64,000 bases of DNA from a bacterium (GCA_024228555.1 JAAETI010000243.1:24528-88527); one strand, 5' to 3'; numbered from the stretch's first letter, positions 27,313 through 38,075 are shown. Notes: generated from the sequence alone by a model not told the origin. Translations and numbers: made by a program.

Positions 27313-29141
27313 CGGGCCCTGGCAACCTTGGGCAGGGCGACGGTGAACGTGGCTCCACCACCGGCGGTCGGCTGGAACCACACCCGTCCGCCAATGACCT
27401 CGGAGAGGCCACGGACGATCGAGAGACCGAGGCCGGTGCCACCCGCCGACCGGGTGTAGTGCGGGGCGAGCTGGGTGAATCGATCGAAGATGTGGTCGTG
27501 GAGCTCGTAGGGGATGCCCTCGCCGTGATCGATGATCGAAAGCCAGACCTCGTTGCCGTTGAGCATCGCAACGATGTCAATCGGGCTACCCGGGGCGTAC
27601 TTGAGAGCGTTGCCGACCAGGTTGACCAGGATGCGATGCAAGTGGTCAGGGTCGGTCTCGACGGAATCGACGCCGGGTCCGGTCTGAACGTAGGTGACCT
27701 CGGCCGCATCCGGGATGTGGGCGACGGTGTCTTCGATAAAGTCCTGCAGATGGATGAGCTCGGGCCGGACCGGCAGCGCCTGGTTGTCGAGCCGGGACAC
27801 CACCAACAAGTCCTCGATCAGTGAGCGGAGCCGGTTGGCCTGCCTGCTGGCCGTATCGATGAGTTGCTGTGCACTCGGGTCGGGGTGGGCGAGTTGGGGG
27901 CGCTGCAGAGTGCTCAGCGATCCGATGATTGCGGTGAGGGGAGTGCGCAGCTCGTGGCTGACCACGCTGACAAAGTCTGTCTTCAACTGGGCGAGCTCGA
28001 TCGCCTTTTGGCTGGTCTCTTTCGCCTCTTCATACCTGGCGAGCTGGTTGAGTACCAGAGCCGACGGGCCGGCAAGCGACTCCAACAGTGCCAGATCGTT
28101 GACGGTGAAGTGGGCGTCTCGCTTCTCAGCCGTTATCAGAACCCCGATGGGCCGGTTCTCGATACGAAGGGGAACGGCCGCCAGTTCATGGCTTCCCAGC
28201 TCCAGCAGGAACCCGTCGGCTTCCTCCGCACGCTCTTCGAGGTTGTTGAAGACTGCGGGTTCACCGCTAGTGAAGACCTGCTGTGCGATGCTCGGTTCCG
28301 ACAGTGGTAGGGAATACCCTTCGGCCCGCAACGTCTGGCCGGCAACCCAAATCGGCGACATGACTTCGAGGGCTTCCTCGTCCCTTCGATACAGCAGCAC
28401 GACGCCCACCCTCGCTTCAAGGGCATTGGCGAGCCGGCCGACCAACTCGGGAAGGACCTCGGACAGATTGCTGCCGACCCCGATCGTTCTCGAAACGTCA
28501 TAGAGGCGCTGTAGTTCCTGCTCCTTCTCGGACAGGAAACGTTCCCGCTCTTCGAATGTGTGGACCCGCTGTGCGGCCACCTCGACATGGCGGTGCAGGT
28601 TGCCGGCCCCGATCGCAATGAGGGACGCAGCGATGGCAAAGGCCGCCGTGCGCCAGGCACCAATACTGTTCGGGAGGTCGGTCTGGCTTGTGATGTAGCT
28701 AAATGCGCCCGTGGCGGCGATGGCGATTCCGGCCACGTAGATACCGCGCAGCGAGATGACGGCTGGGAGGATGATCATCCCGAGGAGGGCGATGGCCACT
28801 ACTGCACCGTCGCTCTCGTTGCCGAGAATGACAACCGCGATGACGCCGAGCGTCGCCCAGAAGAGGATTACGAGATCGGCGACAATCGAGCGGAGGACAC
28901 GACCCCAGGGCACGATCGTGAGTAGCGCAAGCGCCAGACCGAAGAACGGGACGCTGTCAGTCCAGAATGACTTGCCGGCCTGGTTGCGGGCAACGACCAC
29001 CACGACGAATGCCACCCACGACAGCAGCAGCGCGATATACACCGCTCGGATGCGGTGGCGAATCGGTGGTATGTCGGTCGTCAAGGGGACCTTTCCCAGA
29101 TATATGTACGTTGCACCCTCGCCACGGTAACCTCTCCCCAT
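27279..29141 (-). CDS. membrane sensor histidine kinase with GAF domain (KdpD C-terminal-like); no cognate regulator adjacent
   Basis: N-terminal 4-5 TM helices, a GAF region, H-box VSHELRTPLT and HATPase motifs (NLVGNALKYA, DHGEGIP, GTGLGLSIV). Confidence 0.8.
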   Translation of the reverse strand: MGRGYRGEGATYIYLGKVPLTTDIPPIRHRIRAVYIALLLSWVAFVVVVVARNQAGKSFWTDSVPFFGLALALLTIVPWGRVLRSIVADLVILFWATLGVIAVVILGNESDGAVVAIALLGMIILPAVISLRGIYVAGIAIAATGAFSYITSQTDLPNSIGAWRTAAFAIAASLIAIGAGNLHRHVEVAAQRVHTFEERERFLSEKEQELQRLYDVSRTIGVGSNLSEVLPELVGRLANALEARVGVVLLYRRDEEALEVMSPIWVAGQTLRAEGYSLPLSEPSIAQQVFTSGEPAVFNNLEERAEEADGFLLELGSHELAAVPLRIENRPIGVLITAEKRDAHFTVNDLALLESLAGPSALVLNQLARYEEAKETSQKAIELAQLKTDFVSVVSHELRTPLTAIIGSLSTLQRPQLAHPDPSAQQLIDTASRQANRLRSLIEDLLVVSRLDNQALPVRPELIHLQDFIEDTVAHIPDAAEVTYVQTGPGVDSVETDPDHLHRILVNLVGNALKYAPGSPIDIVAMLNGNEVWLSIIDHGEGIPYELHDHIFDRFTQLAPHYTRSAGGTGLGLSIVRGLSEVIGGRVWFQPTAGGGATFTVALPKVARARYEDSEPAAIA

Positions 29142-30150
29142 GGCTCGCGTGCTCTTACTGTTCGGCGGAAGGTCGGACGAACATGAGGTTTCATGTTCGT
29201 CGGCCGTTGCCGTGTTGCAGGCTCTTCGTGATGCCGGGCATCAGGTTATCTCGGTCGGGATCGATCGTTCGGGATCATGGTTTCTCGCTGATGACAGTAG
29301 GAGCCCGATGGTGGCTGCGGGGCGGCCGGTTTCATTCCGAGTTCCTGAGGGTCGTCTCTTGGCAGGGGGCGACGAGATCCTGTTCGACGTTGCCTTCCCC
29401 GTTCTGCACGGACCCTATGGCGAGGACGGGACGATCCAGGGCGCTTTCGAGATGGCGGACACGCCGTACGTGGGGTGTGGGGTCACCGCTTCCGCTCTGG
29501 CGATGGAAAAGGATTTTGCCAAACAGGTGTTCAGCCAGCAGCGCATCCCTACCGCCCGTTGGGTAGCCGTCCACAGCGATGACTTCGTGAACGCGACGTC
29601 GGTTGTCGAGCTGATTGTGCGTCGGCTCGGACTTCCTGTATTCGTGAAGCCTGCCGAACTCGGGTCATCTGTAGGGGTTGCCAAGGCAGGGACCGAGGCT
29701 GAGCTCAAGGACGCTATTGACGATGCCCTTCGATATGGCGAGAAGGCAATTGTCGAAGAGTTCATCGATGGACGCGAGATCGAGGTAGCGGTCCTGGGCG
29801 GCCGGGCTTCTGTGCCGGGGGAGATCGTGATCCAAACCGACTGGTACGACTACGAGGCCAAGTACAACGATGAGACAAGCCAGTTCGTTGCCCCGGCGCG
29901 GCTGACTCCGCCGCAGTCGACCGTCGTGAGAGACCTGGCGGAACGCGCCTTCCGCGCACTTGGCTGCAATGGCTTGGCTCGGGTCGACTTCTTCTTCGAG
30001 GAACGAGGCAGAGGGTTCGTCATCAACGAGATCAACACAATGCCGGGCTTCACGCCTATCTCGGGCTTCCCAACGATGTGGCAAGCCAGCGGGATGACTT
30101 ATAGCGAGCTTTGTGACGAGTTGGTGCAGCTGGTGCTGCGCGGTGACTAG
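29140..30150 (+). CDS. ddl: D-alanine--D-alanine ligase
   Basis: MARVLLLFGGRSDEHEVS start and ATP-grasp motifs. Its start overlaps the convergent kinase gene by 2 nt. Confidence 0.9.
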   Translation: MARVLLLFGGRSDEHEVSCSSAVAVLQALRDAGHQVISVGIDRSGSWFLADDSRSPMVAAGRPVSFRVPEGRLLAGGDEILFDVAFPVLHGPYGEDGTIQGAFEMADTPYVGCGVTASALAMEKDFAKQVFSQQRIPTARWVAVHSDDFVNATSVVELIVRRLGLPVFVKPAELGSSVGVAKAGTEAELKDAIDDALRYGEKAIVEEFIDGREIEVAVLGGRASVPGEIVIQTDWYDYEAKYNDETSQFVAPARLTPPQSTVVRDLAERAFRALGCNGLARVDFFFEERGRGFVINEINTMPGFTPISGFPTMWQASGMTYSELCDELVQLVLRGD

Positions 30151-30201
30151 ACACTGACGAGCGCGGCCAAGCGGCCGAGATACAGTCTGCTACTGGTGGC
30201 C

Positions 30202-30435
30202 CTAGAGCCGAACTACCGGGCAGGTGAGGGTACGCGTTATGCCTTCGACGGCCTGGATGCGGGCAACCACCAGCTTGCCAAGCGAATCAACATCTTCAGC
30301 CTGGGTGTGCACAACCGCATCGTAGGGACCTGTTACCGCTTCGCTCTGAGTTACGCCTTCGATCTCTGCGATTCGCTGCGCAACCTCAGCCGCCTTGCCG
30401 ACTTCGGTTTGAATCAGGACATATGCCTCGACCAT
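30202..30435 (-). CDS. stand-alone Lrp/AsnC C-terminal (RAM) domain protein
   Basis: A 77-aa ORF (MVEAYVLIQTEV...) matching the AsnC_trans_reg fold pattern. Confidence 0.6.
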   Translation of the reverse strand: MVEAYVLIQTEVGKAAEVAQRIAEIEGVTQSEAVTGPYDAVVHTQAEDVDSLGKLVVARIQAVEGITRTLTCPVVRL

Positions 30436-30498
30436 GGGGACTCCTCATGCCGCTTCACCTAGGACTGATACTACCCAGGAAGTTGAGGAGGGGCGGAG

Positions 30499-30711
30499 CT
30501 ACTGTCCGTCGGCTCCGAATCGGAGGTTGCTGGCAACGAGATCGCCGTCGACATCGACCGCATCGAAGATGATCCGCTGTCCTTGCCGAAGCATGCGAAA
30601 CAAAGATCCCTCCAGAGAACCGGGGCGAAGCGTGACTTCGCTGCCATCGCTGTCACAACGGATGACACCGATGCCGGTTACGGGATCGTAGACCTTGACG
30701 ACACCTTGCAT
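30499..30711 (-). CDS. small cold-shock-domain-like (OB-fold) protein, divergent
   Basis: MQGVVKVYDPVTGIGVIRCDSDGSEVTL...GQRIIFD parallels the CspA pattern (G.VKW.N...GFGFI..DDG.DVF.H......L.EGQ.V.F) but lacks the RNP motifs. It starts 2 nt after the rpmB stop. Confidence 0.45.
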   Translation of the reverse strand: MQGVVKVYDPVTGIGVIRCDSDGSEVTLRPGSLEGSLFRMLRQGQRIIFDAVDVDGDLVASNLRFGADGQ

Positions 30712-30713
30712 GG

Positions 30714-30902
30714 CTAGGCCTTTTCGACCTTTCCAGCTTTGATGCAAGATGTGCACACACGGATGCGCTTGCTGTTGTTGCCGTGGCGAACGCGAACACG
30801 CTGAATGTTCGGCAACCAGCGGCGGCTAGAGCGCTTGTGCGAGAAACTGACTTGTTTGCCGACCCACGGCTCTTTGCCGCAGACCTCGCAACGATATGAC
30901 AT
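30714..30902 (-). CDS. rpmB: 50S ribosomal protein L28
   Basis: [37 protein letters not shown]..., 62 aa. Confidence 0.9.
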   Translation of the reverse strand: MSYRCEVCGKEPWVGKQVSFSHKRSSRRWLPNIQRVRVRHGNNSKRIRVCTSCIKAGKVEKA

Positions 30903-31047
30903 GTCGGAAAAACCTCCTGAGGCGGCGGGGGAGTGTACCAGCGTTTTGTCCCGTTCCGGAATGCGGCTGCCCAGATTGGGACGCAACAAACAGACCTCGG
31001 GGCTGAGATGCTCTGCAAGGATACCAATAGCTGATACTTTCTTCCCA

Positions 31048-33228
31048 ATGGCTGGCCGATCTCTTGCGTTTCTCTCTGGTGTCTCCACCGACCTGGTGAA
31101 GGGGATCGGACCGCGCACGGTCAAAAAGCTGAACGGTGCCGGCATCGCATCGGTAGCGGATTTGCTGCTGCATGTACCGCGACGATATCTGGATAGATCG
31201 CAGCTCTTTGACCTGTCTGCGGTGCCCCTCAACGAGGAGGTAACAGTGGGTGGGACCGTCCTCAGCGTTAGGAAGCGACGAATCTCAAAGAACCGGACGA
31301 TGATCGATGCGCAGATCACCGACGGCACCAACGTCATCACCGGCATCTGGTTCAACCCCTATCTGAAGATCGCCGAAGGTGCGGAGGTTGCCCTGTCCGG
31401 TAGAGCCGAGCGGTTCAGGGGACGACTTCAGATGAAGAGCCCTGACATGGATCGCCTGGATGCCGAGGATTCTCTGATTACGGGTCGCGTCGTTCCCATC
31501 CATCCGTCTGCAGGTGGCCTCACGTCGTCGCGGATGCGGGTTTCGATCAGCAATGCCCTGCAGCGATCGCGTCCGGTCACCGAGGTCCTGCCCGCCGCTA
31601 TGTGCTCGAGAAACGACCTGATGAGCCGTGACCAGGCGCTTGCATCGATTCACTTCCCTGAAACCAAAGACGAGACCGAACCGGCTCGGCGGCGTTTGGT
31701 ATTCGACGAGCTGTTTCGTCTCGAGATTTCGCTTGCTTTGCGCAAGCAACACCAGATCGACAAGGCAACCGGCGTCTCCCATGACCCTTCTGGCGAGATG
31801 GTGGGGGCCTTTGTCGATGCCCTTCCTTACGAACTGACGGGGGCCCAAGCTCGTTCGATCGATGAGATCCAGGGCGACATGGCATCACCGCATCCGATGC
31901 ACAGGCTTCTTCAGGGGGAGGTGGGATCGGGGAAGACGGTGGTTGCGGTCGCCGGTCTATTGACCGCCGCGCAAGGCGGCTACCAGGGCGCAGTGATGGC
32001 TCCTACCGAGGTGCTTGCGGAGCAGCACTATCTAGGGATTCGGGAGCTTCTCGTTGAAGCCGGTCTCGCCGCACCTGAGACCGACCCGGCAGGCGGCGCC
32101 GGTACAGGGAGCCTCTTCGCAGAAGGCGACGAGCCGACGGCGGGGCTAAAGATGGCCCTGCTCACCTCGAACAATGCCGAGGTCAACTTCCTCCCTGCGG
32201 GCACCGCCAATCGGAGCGACGTCATCTCGGGGATCGCATCGGGGGAGATCGATCTCGTCGTCGGGACCCACGCTTTGATCCAGGAAGGGGTCACCTTCTC
32301 CAAGTTGGGGATGGCCGTAGTCGACGAGCAGCACCGCTTTGGCGTCTACCAGCGCGTCCAGTTGCGAGACAAGGTCGAGGACTACGACCCCGACCTTCTG
32401 ATCATGACGGCGACACCGATACCGCGCACTCTGGCGATGACGCTCTACGGCGATCTTGACGTATCGGTGCTCGACGAGATGCCACCAGGCAGAACTCCGG
32501 TCCGCACTATCCACAAGCCGAAGCAGGCGGCAGCTCTCAACGAGGTGTATGACTTGGTGCGGTCCGAGACGGCTGCCGGACGGCAGGTGTTCGTTGTGTG
32601 CCCGTTGGTCGAGGACAGCGACAAGCTCGAGGCAGCATCGGCCACCGCTGAGTACGAACGCCTCCGAAACGTCTTCCCCGACCTCCGCCTTGGGCTCATC
32701 CACGGCCAATTGCGTCCCGTAGACAAAGACGGGGTGATGCACCGGTTCCGGGCTGGAGACATCGATGTGCTCGTCGCAACCACCGTCATTGAGGTCGGTA
32801 TCGACATCCCAAACGCGACAGTCATGATCATCGAAGATGCGGATCGGTTTGGATTGAGCCAATTGCACCAACTCCGAGGACGCGTGGGGCGAGGTGTCCA
32901 TGCCTCAACGTGCGTGCTTGTCGCCGACCCGACCACCACTGATGGCGAGGAGAGGCTCGCAGCCATGGTCGAGACCACCGATGGATTCCGCCTCGCAGAG
33001 GAAGATCTGCGGATCCGAGGGCAGGGGACAGTCTTTGGGGCGAAGCAAGCGGGTGCCAAGGACTTGAAACTCGCCGACATCTTGCGCGATGCAGCAATCC
33101 TCATCACGGCACGCGAGGAAGCCTTTGCGCTGGTTGCGGGAGACCCGACGCTCGATGATCATCCGCTCATCCGCGATGAGGTACGAGCGATGTTGGGAGA
33201 CGATGTGGACTGGTTGTTCCGCTCATGA
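31048..33228 (+). CDS. recG: ATP-dependent DNA helicase RecG
   Basis: Wedge domain, helicase motifs [15 protein letters not shown] and [12 protein letters not shown]. The start is the internal ATG at 31048, because the longer ORF would overlap rpmB. Confidence 0.9.
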   Translation: MAGRSLAFLSGVSTDLVKGIGPRTVKKLNGAGIASVADLLLHVPRRYLDRSQLFDLSAVPLNEEVTVGGTVLSVRKRRISKNRTMIDAQITDGTNVITGIWFNPYLKIAEGAEVALSGRAERFRGRLQMKSPDMDRLDAEDSLITGRVVPIHPSAGGLTSSRMRVSISNALQRSRPVTEVLPAAMCSRNDLMSRDQALASIHFPETKDETEPARRRLVFDELFRLEISLALRKQHQIDKATGVSHDPSGEMVGAFVDALPYELTGAQARSIDEIQGDMASPHPMHRLLQGEVGSGKTVVAVAGLLTAAQGGYQGAVMAPTEVLAEQHYLGIRELLVEAGLAAPETDPAGGAGTGSLFAEGDEPTAGLKMALLTSNNAEVNFLPAGTANRSDVISGIASGEIDLVVGTHALIQEGVTFSKLGMAVVDEQHRFGVYQRVQLRDKVEDYDPDLLIMTATPIPRTLAMTLYGDLDVSVLDEMPPGRTPVRTIHKPKQAAALNEVYDLVRSETAAGRQVFVVCPLVEDSDKLEAASATAEYERLRNVFPDLRLGLIHGQLRPVDKDGVMHRFRAGDIDVLVATTVIEVGIDIPNATVMIIEDADRFGLSQLHQLRGRVGRGVHASTCVLVADPTTTDGEERLAAMVETTDGFRLAEEDLRIRGQGTVFGAKQAGAKDLKLADILRDAAILITAREEAFALVAGDPTLDDHPLIRDEVRAMLGDDVDWLFRS

Positions 33229-33767
33229 GGATCATCTCGGGCAGCGCCCGCAGCCGTCGCCTTGTCGGTCCGCCTGGTCAGACGACACGCCCGATGACCG
33301 ACCGGGTGCGTGAAGCGTTGTTCTCGTCGATCTTGGCTTGGATACCCGATGGCGTTGTGTTGGATTTGTACGCAGGAACTGGCTCGATGGGGCTGGAGGC
33401 ATTGAGCCGTGGAGCCGCCGCGGCAACGTTTGTCGAGCGTGATCGAGCGGCATTGGCAGCGCTCCGCTCCAATCTCGAGACCGTTGGCCTCGGTGGACAG
33501 GTCGTCGCCGACGACGTTGACCGCTACTTGCTGCGAGCCAAAGGGCCGATCGACGTGGCATTCGTTGACCCCCCGTATGCCGTGGCGCTACCGTCGCTCG
33601 TAGAGACAATGACGAAACTGTCTCCGCTATTGGCGCATGACGGAATCGCAATCGTTCATCGGCGTTCGGGGGAGGACCCGCCCGAGTCGATTGCCGGGCT
33701 TGTTCTCGCCGATGAGCGTAGATACGGAAGCGCTGTTCTATGGCGCTACGCAAAGGAGAAAACGTGA
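33225..33767 (+). CDS. rsmD: 16S rRNA (guanine966-N2)-methyltransferase
   Basis: [13 protein letters not shown]... with LDLYAGTGSMGLEALSRGA and DPPY motifs. Confidence 0.85.
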   Translation: MRIISGSARSRRLVGPPGQTTRPMTDRVREALFSSILAWIPDGVVLDLYAGTGSMGLEALSRGAAAATFVERDRAALAALRSNLETVGLGGQVVADDVDRYLLRAKGPIDVAFVDPPYAVALPSLVETMTKLSPLLAHDGIAIVHRRSGEDPPESIAGLVLADERRYGSAVLWRYAKEKT

Positions 33768-34243
33768 TTGCGGCGCTGGTACCGGGGAGCTTCGACCCCC
33801 CGACAAACGGTCATCTCGATGTGATCGAGCGGTGTGCAGGTCTGTTCGACACCGTCTTGGTTGCGGTTATCCGCAACCCCAAGAAGGCTCCCATGTTCAC
33901 CACAGAGGAGCGTGTGGAAATGTTGACTGCTTGCACCTCGGAGTGGGAGAACGTAAGTGTGGGGAGCTTCTCTGGCTTGTTGGTCGACTATGCGGAGCAT
34001 GAGAAGATCGACGTGATCGTGAAGGGTCTGCGGGCGATGACCGACTTCGATTACGAGTTCCAGATGTCGCAGATGAACCGGCACCTGTCGGGGATTGTGA
34101 CGCTTTTTGTCGCAACCAAGGCAGAATACGGGTACTTGTCGTCATCCTTGGTGAAGCAAGTTGCCGGATTGGGCGGGGCAATCGACAAGTTGGTGCCGCC
34201 ACTGGTAGCCGCCGCGATAGAAGAACGGGTGTCAAATGACTGA
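33766..34243 (+). CDS. coaD: phosphopantetheine adenylyltransferase
   Basis: PGSFDPPTNGHLDVIERC motif. GTG start at 33766 with an AAAGGAGAAAAC Shine-Dalgarno. Confidence 0.9.
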
Positions 34244-34820
34244 CCAACCACCACAGCAAGATCCGCCTCCGATTCCCGGGCATGTTCTTGATCTCGTAGA
34301 GCAATCTCAAGCCGATACACGAGCCGCTCTCGACCAGCTCATTCTCGAGGTCGAAGCCGCCAAGAACGTTCCGCTGTCAAACAGCGTCATGTTGCCGCGG
34401 GAAGAGTTCATCGAGAGGATGCGATCGATTCGGTCCACCGTTGATCGGCTTCTGGGTGAAGCGGTCGAAGGGCTACCCGAAGAACTGCGCGCCGCCCGCT
34501 GGATGGTTCGTGAACGCGAGGCCTACATCGCCAGGACCAACGAGAGTGCTCGCGAGATGCTGGTCAAAGCCAAGCAACGAAGCGAGGAACTGGTCTCCGA
34601 GAGCTACATCGTTAGTGAAGCCGTTGAAGAAGCGAACACGCTGATCAGGCATTCCGAAAAGGAAGCAGAGCGGATCCGTCTCGAGGCTGAAGACGGTGCG
34701 GAGCGGTCGTTGTCGGAAGCCGAGGCAATCCTCGGCGAACTTCTTCGGTTCGTCCACGAATCCCGGGCGGCCCTCCACGAACCGCTGCCGCCTGCCGACG
34801 ACGTTCCACTGTCGCAGTAG
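34236..34820 (+). CDS. hypothetical coiled-coil protein
   Basis: Charged, helical 194-aa ORF lying between coaD and yceD. Confidence 0.45.
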   Translation: MTDQPPQQDPPPIPGHVLDLVEQSQADTRAALDQLILEVEAAKNVPLSNSVMLPREEFIERMRSIRSTVDRLLGEAVEGLPEELRAARWMVREREAYIARTNESAREMLVKAKQRSEELVSESYIVSEAVEEANTLIRHSEKEAERIRLEAEDGAERSLSEAEAILGELLRFVHESRAALHEPLPPADDVPLSQ

Positions 34821-34829
34821 ATTTCCCTC

Positions 34830-35333
34830 ATGAGCAGCCCGTTCGTTTTCCATATTGGTGATCTGCGTTCCGGCAGGGCCGAGCCGCGCGACATCTCCTC
34901 GGAGGTATCGGTCGACTGGCATCTCGAGCTATCCAAGGTGCTCCCGGAGCCGGTGCTTCGATTCTCCCTTGAGCTCTCTCCAATTGGTGGCGGGATCGCA
35001 GTTCTCGGCGAAATCGAAGCCACGGTCGCCCATACCTGCAACCGCTGTCTCGACGAATGGCAAGAAAACGTCGTTCGTAACGTTGCGCAGCTCATCACAA
35101 CTGATGGTGATGAGGAAGACGACTACCGCCTTGTTGGAGAGGAATTCGACTTCGAGAATATGGTCCGTGACGAGCTGATGCTCGACCTCCCACTGGTCCC
35201 ATTGTGTACAGAAGACTGCAAGGGACTTGTTGCGGAGGCCGGAAGCGACTTGAATACGGACCTCTCCGAAGACGAGGTCAACGAAAGTTCGCCCTTTTCG
35301 GTTCTCAAAGATCTGTTGGATACAGGGGATTAA
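34830..35333 (+). CDS. YceD/DUF177 family protein
   Basis: CNRCLDEW ... PLCTEDCKG metal-binding motifs, in the conserved position upstream of rpmF. Confidence 0.75.
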   Translation: MSSPFVFHIGDLRSGRAEPRDISSEVSVDWHLELSKVLPEPVLRFSLELSPIGGGIAVLGEIEATVAHTCNRCLDEWQENVVRNVAQLITTDGDEEDDYRLVGEEFDFENMVRDELMLDLPLVPLCTEDCKGLVAEAGSDLNTDLSEDEVNESSPFSVLKDLLDTGD

Positions 35334-35377
35334 TCCCTGCTGAACACAGGGGTTCGGTCCCCAAGAACGAGGCTCCC

Positions 35378-35554
35378 ATGGCGGTCCCAAAGAAGAAGAT
35401 GTCGCGCTCCCGCACCCGGCGGCGCAAGGCTGGTTGGAAAGTAAGCGCACCGTCCACGGTCGCTTGTCAGCGCTGTGGCGAACAGCACCTGCCCCACCGC
35501 TTGTGTGCCAACTGCGGTACTTACGACGGGCGCGAAGTCGTCGACGTAAGCTAA
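35378..35554 (+). CDS. rpmF: 50S ribosomal protein L32
   Basis: MAVPKKKMSRSRTRRRKAGWK ... CQRCGEQHLPHRLCANCG. Confidence 0.9.
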   Translation: MAVPKKKMSRSRTRRRKAGWKVSAPSTVACQRCGEQHLPHRLCANCGTYDGREVVDVS

Positions 35555-35558
35555 CCAA

Positions 35559-36542
35559 ATGTCCACCATCGCCATTGATGCCATGGGCGGCGACTACGCC
35601 CCCAAGGAGATAGTGCTCGGTGGTGTCGATGCCTCTCACAATGGCCACGACATAGTTCTGGTTGGCGATCAAGAGCGCATCAAACCGATTCTCGATGAGG
35701 CAGGCTCGGACCTACCGGTGGTCCATGCCTCCGAAACGATCGACATGTCTGATGATCCGGCTATCGCCATTCGGGAAAAACGGGATGCGTCGATCTCGGT
35801 TGCTGCCAGGTTGGTCAAGTCGGGCGAAGTCGATGGCCTCATCTCAGCCGGATCCACCGGCGCTGCGATGGCGGCGGCAACGTTCATGATCGGTCGACTC
35901 CCCGGTGTATCTCGCCCTGCGATCGCCTCGTACTTTCCTTCAGGATCGGTTGTCCTCGACATGGGGGCCAATCTGTCCTGTCGCCCTACTGATCTCGCCC
36001 AGTTTGCGGTGATGGGGGCGGCGTTGGCGCGGGCGCATTACGGTGTTGACGAGCCTACGGTCGGTTTGCTCAACATCGGCGGAGAGGCCGGCAAGGGCCG
36101 GGTTCTGGAACAAGAGGCGTACAAGCTTCTCGAAGCCCTGCCTCACGTCGAGTTCGTCGGGAATGTTGAGGGCACCGATTTGCCGCTGGCGAAGTCGAAC
36201 GTCATCGTTTGCGATGGCTACAGCGGCAACATCCTCATCAAGACCGCCGAGGGTGCCGCCAAGATGGTATTTGGATTCATGCTCGAAGCCGTCTCTGCTC
36301 CCGAATATGCAGATGCGCTGCAGGCACTCGCTCCTGCGGTGATGGAGTTACGGGAGCGGCTCAACCCGGAGCGCCACGGTGGCGCCCACCTGCTCGGGGT
36401 CAATGGTGTCGTCGTCCTCACCCACGGTTCGTCACGACGTTTGTCGATTTCGACGGCAGTGGAGACTGCGGTCGAGGCGGTTGAGGGGCGGGTTCCCGCC
36501 ATGATCGCGGATGGTCTTGCAAAGAGCGAAGGCCTTCTGTGA
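35559..36542 (+). CDS. plsX: phosphate acyltransferase PlsX
   Basis: MSTIAIDAMGGDYAPKEIVLG start. Confidence 0.9.
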   Translation: MSTIAIDAMGGDYAPKEIVLGGVDASHNGHDIVLVGDQERIKPILDEAGSDLPVVHASETIDMSDDPAIAIREKRDASISVAARLVKSGEVDGLISAGSTGAAMAAATFMIGRLPGVSRPAIASYFPSGSVVLDMGANLSCRPTDLAQFAVMGAALARAHYGVDEPTVGLLNIGGEAGKGRVLEQEAYKLLEALPHVEFVGNVEGTDLPLAKSNVIVCDGYSGNILIKTAEGAAKMVFGFMLEAVSAPEYADALQALAPAVMELRERLNPERHGGAHLLGVNGVVVLTHGSSRRLSISTAVETAVEAVEGRVPAMIADGLAKSEGLL

Positions 36543-37213
36543 GTTCCGGTGTCGGCGGAGCGCTCGGCTACGAATTCGATTCCGACGAACTGGCGACCCT
36601 GGCGCTCACTCATCGCTCCTATGCAGCCGAGCACGAACTCGATGTTTCCTATGAGCGGCTCGAGTTTCTCGGTGATGCGGTTCTGCAACTCGCTGTAACT
36701 CGTCACCTCTATGACGCCTACGCACACCTCGCCGAGGGCGAATTGGCGAAGGTCCGCGCTGCCGTTGTGAACCAGAAGGCTCTCGCCACTGTCGGCAGGA
36801 ACCTCGGGATTGGCGAGTTCATGCTGCTCGGTCAAGGCGAGGAGCGGTCCGGGGGGCGAGACAAGGATTCGATCCTTGCCGACGTTGTCGAGGCTCTACT
36901 CGGAGCCATCTATCTAGACGGAGGCTACGAACCCGCATCCGATCTGGTGCTCAGATGGCTCGTTCCCCTCATCGGAGAGCGGGCCGCCTCACCTGGTGAA
37001 CTGGATTTCAAGACCCGTCTTCAGGAAGTGTTGGCGCAGCGCGGGCTTCTCCCCAGATACGTCATCAGCGAGTCTGGCCCCGACCACGCCAAGAGCTTCA
37101 CTGCAGAGCTATGGGTCGAAGGAGAGATCATTGCGACAGGAAGTGGTAGCTCCAAGAAGCGTGCCGAGCAGTCGGCCGCAAGCAACGCCGCAGCTTCGCT
37201 CTTCGAGAGCTAG
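36539..37213 (+). CDS. rnc: ribonuclease III
   Basis: ERLEFLGDAVLQL catalytic signature and a C-terminal dsRBD. Confidence 0.9.
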   Translation: MSSGVGGALGYEFDSDELATLALTHRSYAAEHELDVSYERLEFLGDAVLQLAVTRHLYDAYAHLAEGELAKVRAAVVNQKALATVGRNLGIGEFMLLGQGEERSGGRDKDSILADVVEALLGAIYLDGGYEPASDLVLRWLVPLIGERAASPGELDFKTRLQEVLAQRGLLPRYVISESGPDHAKSFTAELWVEGEIIATGSGSSKKRAEQSAASNAAASLFES

Positions 37214-37216
37214 ATC

Positions 37217-38047
37217 GTGCCCGAACTTCCCGAAGTCGAGACAACCCGGCGGTCTTTGGAACCGGTTCTGACTTCCAGGCTGATCACTGGTGTCACGGTG
37301 GCGCGACCGCGAATGGTGCGTCGGCAGGCCAATCCCGAGGACTTCAGTCGGCGGATGTTGGGGCAGAGGATCATGTCGGTGGGACGTCACGGGAAGTTCC
37401 TGATGACCACACTCGAAGACGACATCATCTGGGTCACCCATCTGGGAATGTCGGGTCGGATCAGCTTGGCAGCCACTGACGACGACGTGGTCGCACATTC
37501 AAACGTGATCGTGTCATTGGACTCTGGTGAGGACTTCAGGTTCATCGATCCGCGCACCTTCGGGTTCGTCGCTGCGCTGACTCCTGAAGAGCTTCAGGCT
37601 TCATCGATGGGTCGGCTCGGACGGGATGCCCTCACGGATTTGCCCCGGGCCAAGCAACTCCATGCCCTGTTGGCGGGGCGACAGGCACCGATGAAGGCGC
37701 TGCTGTTGGATCAGAGCTTGGTGGCCGGCATCGGCAACATCTACGCCGATGAAGCGCTACATCGTGCAGGTATCTCGCCCCTTCGCTCCGGTGGTTCGCT
37801 CCAACTTGACGAGGTGGCAGCATTGCGCAAGGCCATCAGGGCAACGCTGCAACACGCCCTGAAGTATGGAGGATCGTCGCTCGACGACCTTGCGTACCTG
37901 TTGCCCGACGGTCGCACCGGTGAGTACACCAACCGGTTGCGGGCCTACGGTCGGGAGGGGGAGCACTGCCGTCGTTGTGGCACCGAGATGGTCAAGAACA
38001 TCATCAGGGACCGCAGTTCAACATGGTGCCCCGGCTGCCAGACCTAG
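37217..38047 (+). CDS. mutM: formamidopyrimidine-DNA glycosylase
   Basis: MPELPEVETTRRSL N-terminus and a C-terminal zinc finger CRRCGTEMVKNIIRDRSSTWCPGCQ. Confidence 0.9.
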   Translation: MPELPEVETTRRSLEPVLTSRLITGVTVARPRMVRRQANPEDFSRRMLGQRIMSVGRHGKFLMTTLEDDIIWVTHLGMSGRISLAATDDDVVAHSNVIVSLDSGEDFRFIDPRTFGFVAALTPEELQASSMGRLGRDALTDLPRAKQLHALLAGRQAPMKALLLDQSLVAGIGNIYADEALHRAGISPLRSGGSLQLDEVAALRKAIRATLQHALKYGGSSLDDLAYLLPDGRTGEYTNRLRAYGREGEHCRRCGTEMVKNIIRDRSSTWCPGCQT

Positions 38048-38075
38048 CTAGACGCAGACGACGGCAGGCTATTTG

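Noticed and set aside
30805-31047. Longer RecG start at 30805
   Set aside because: It would overlap rpmB on the opposite strand. The internal ATG at 31048 gives a typical ~726-aa RecG.
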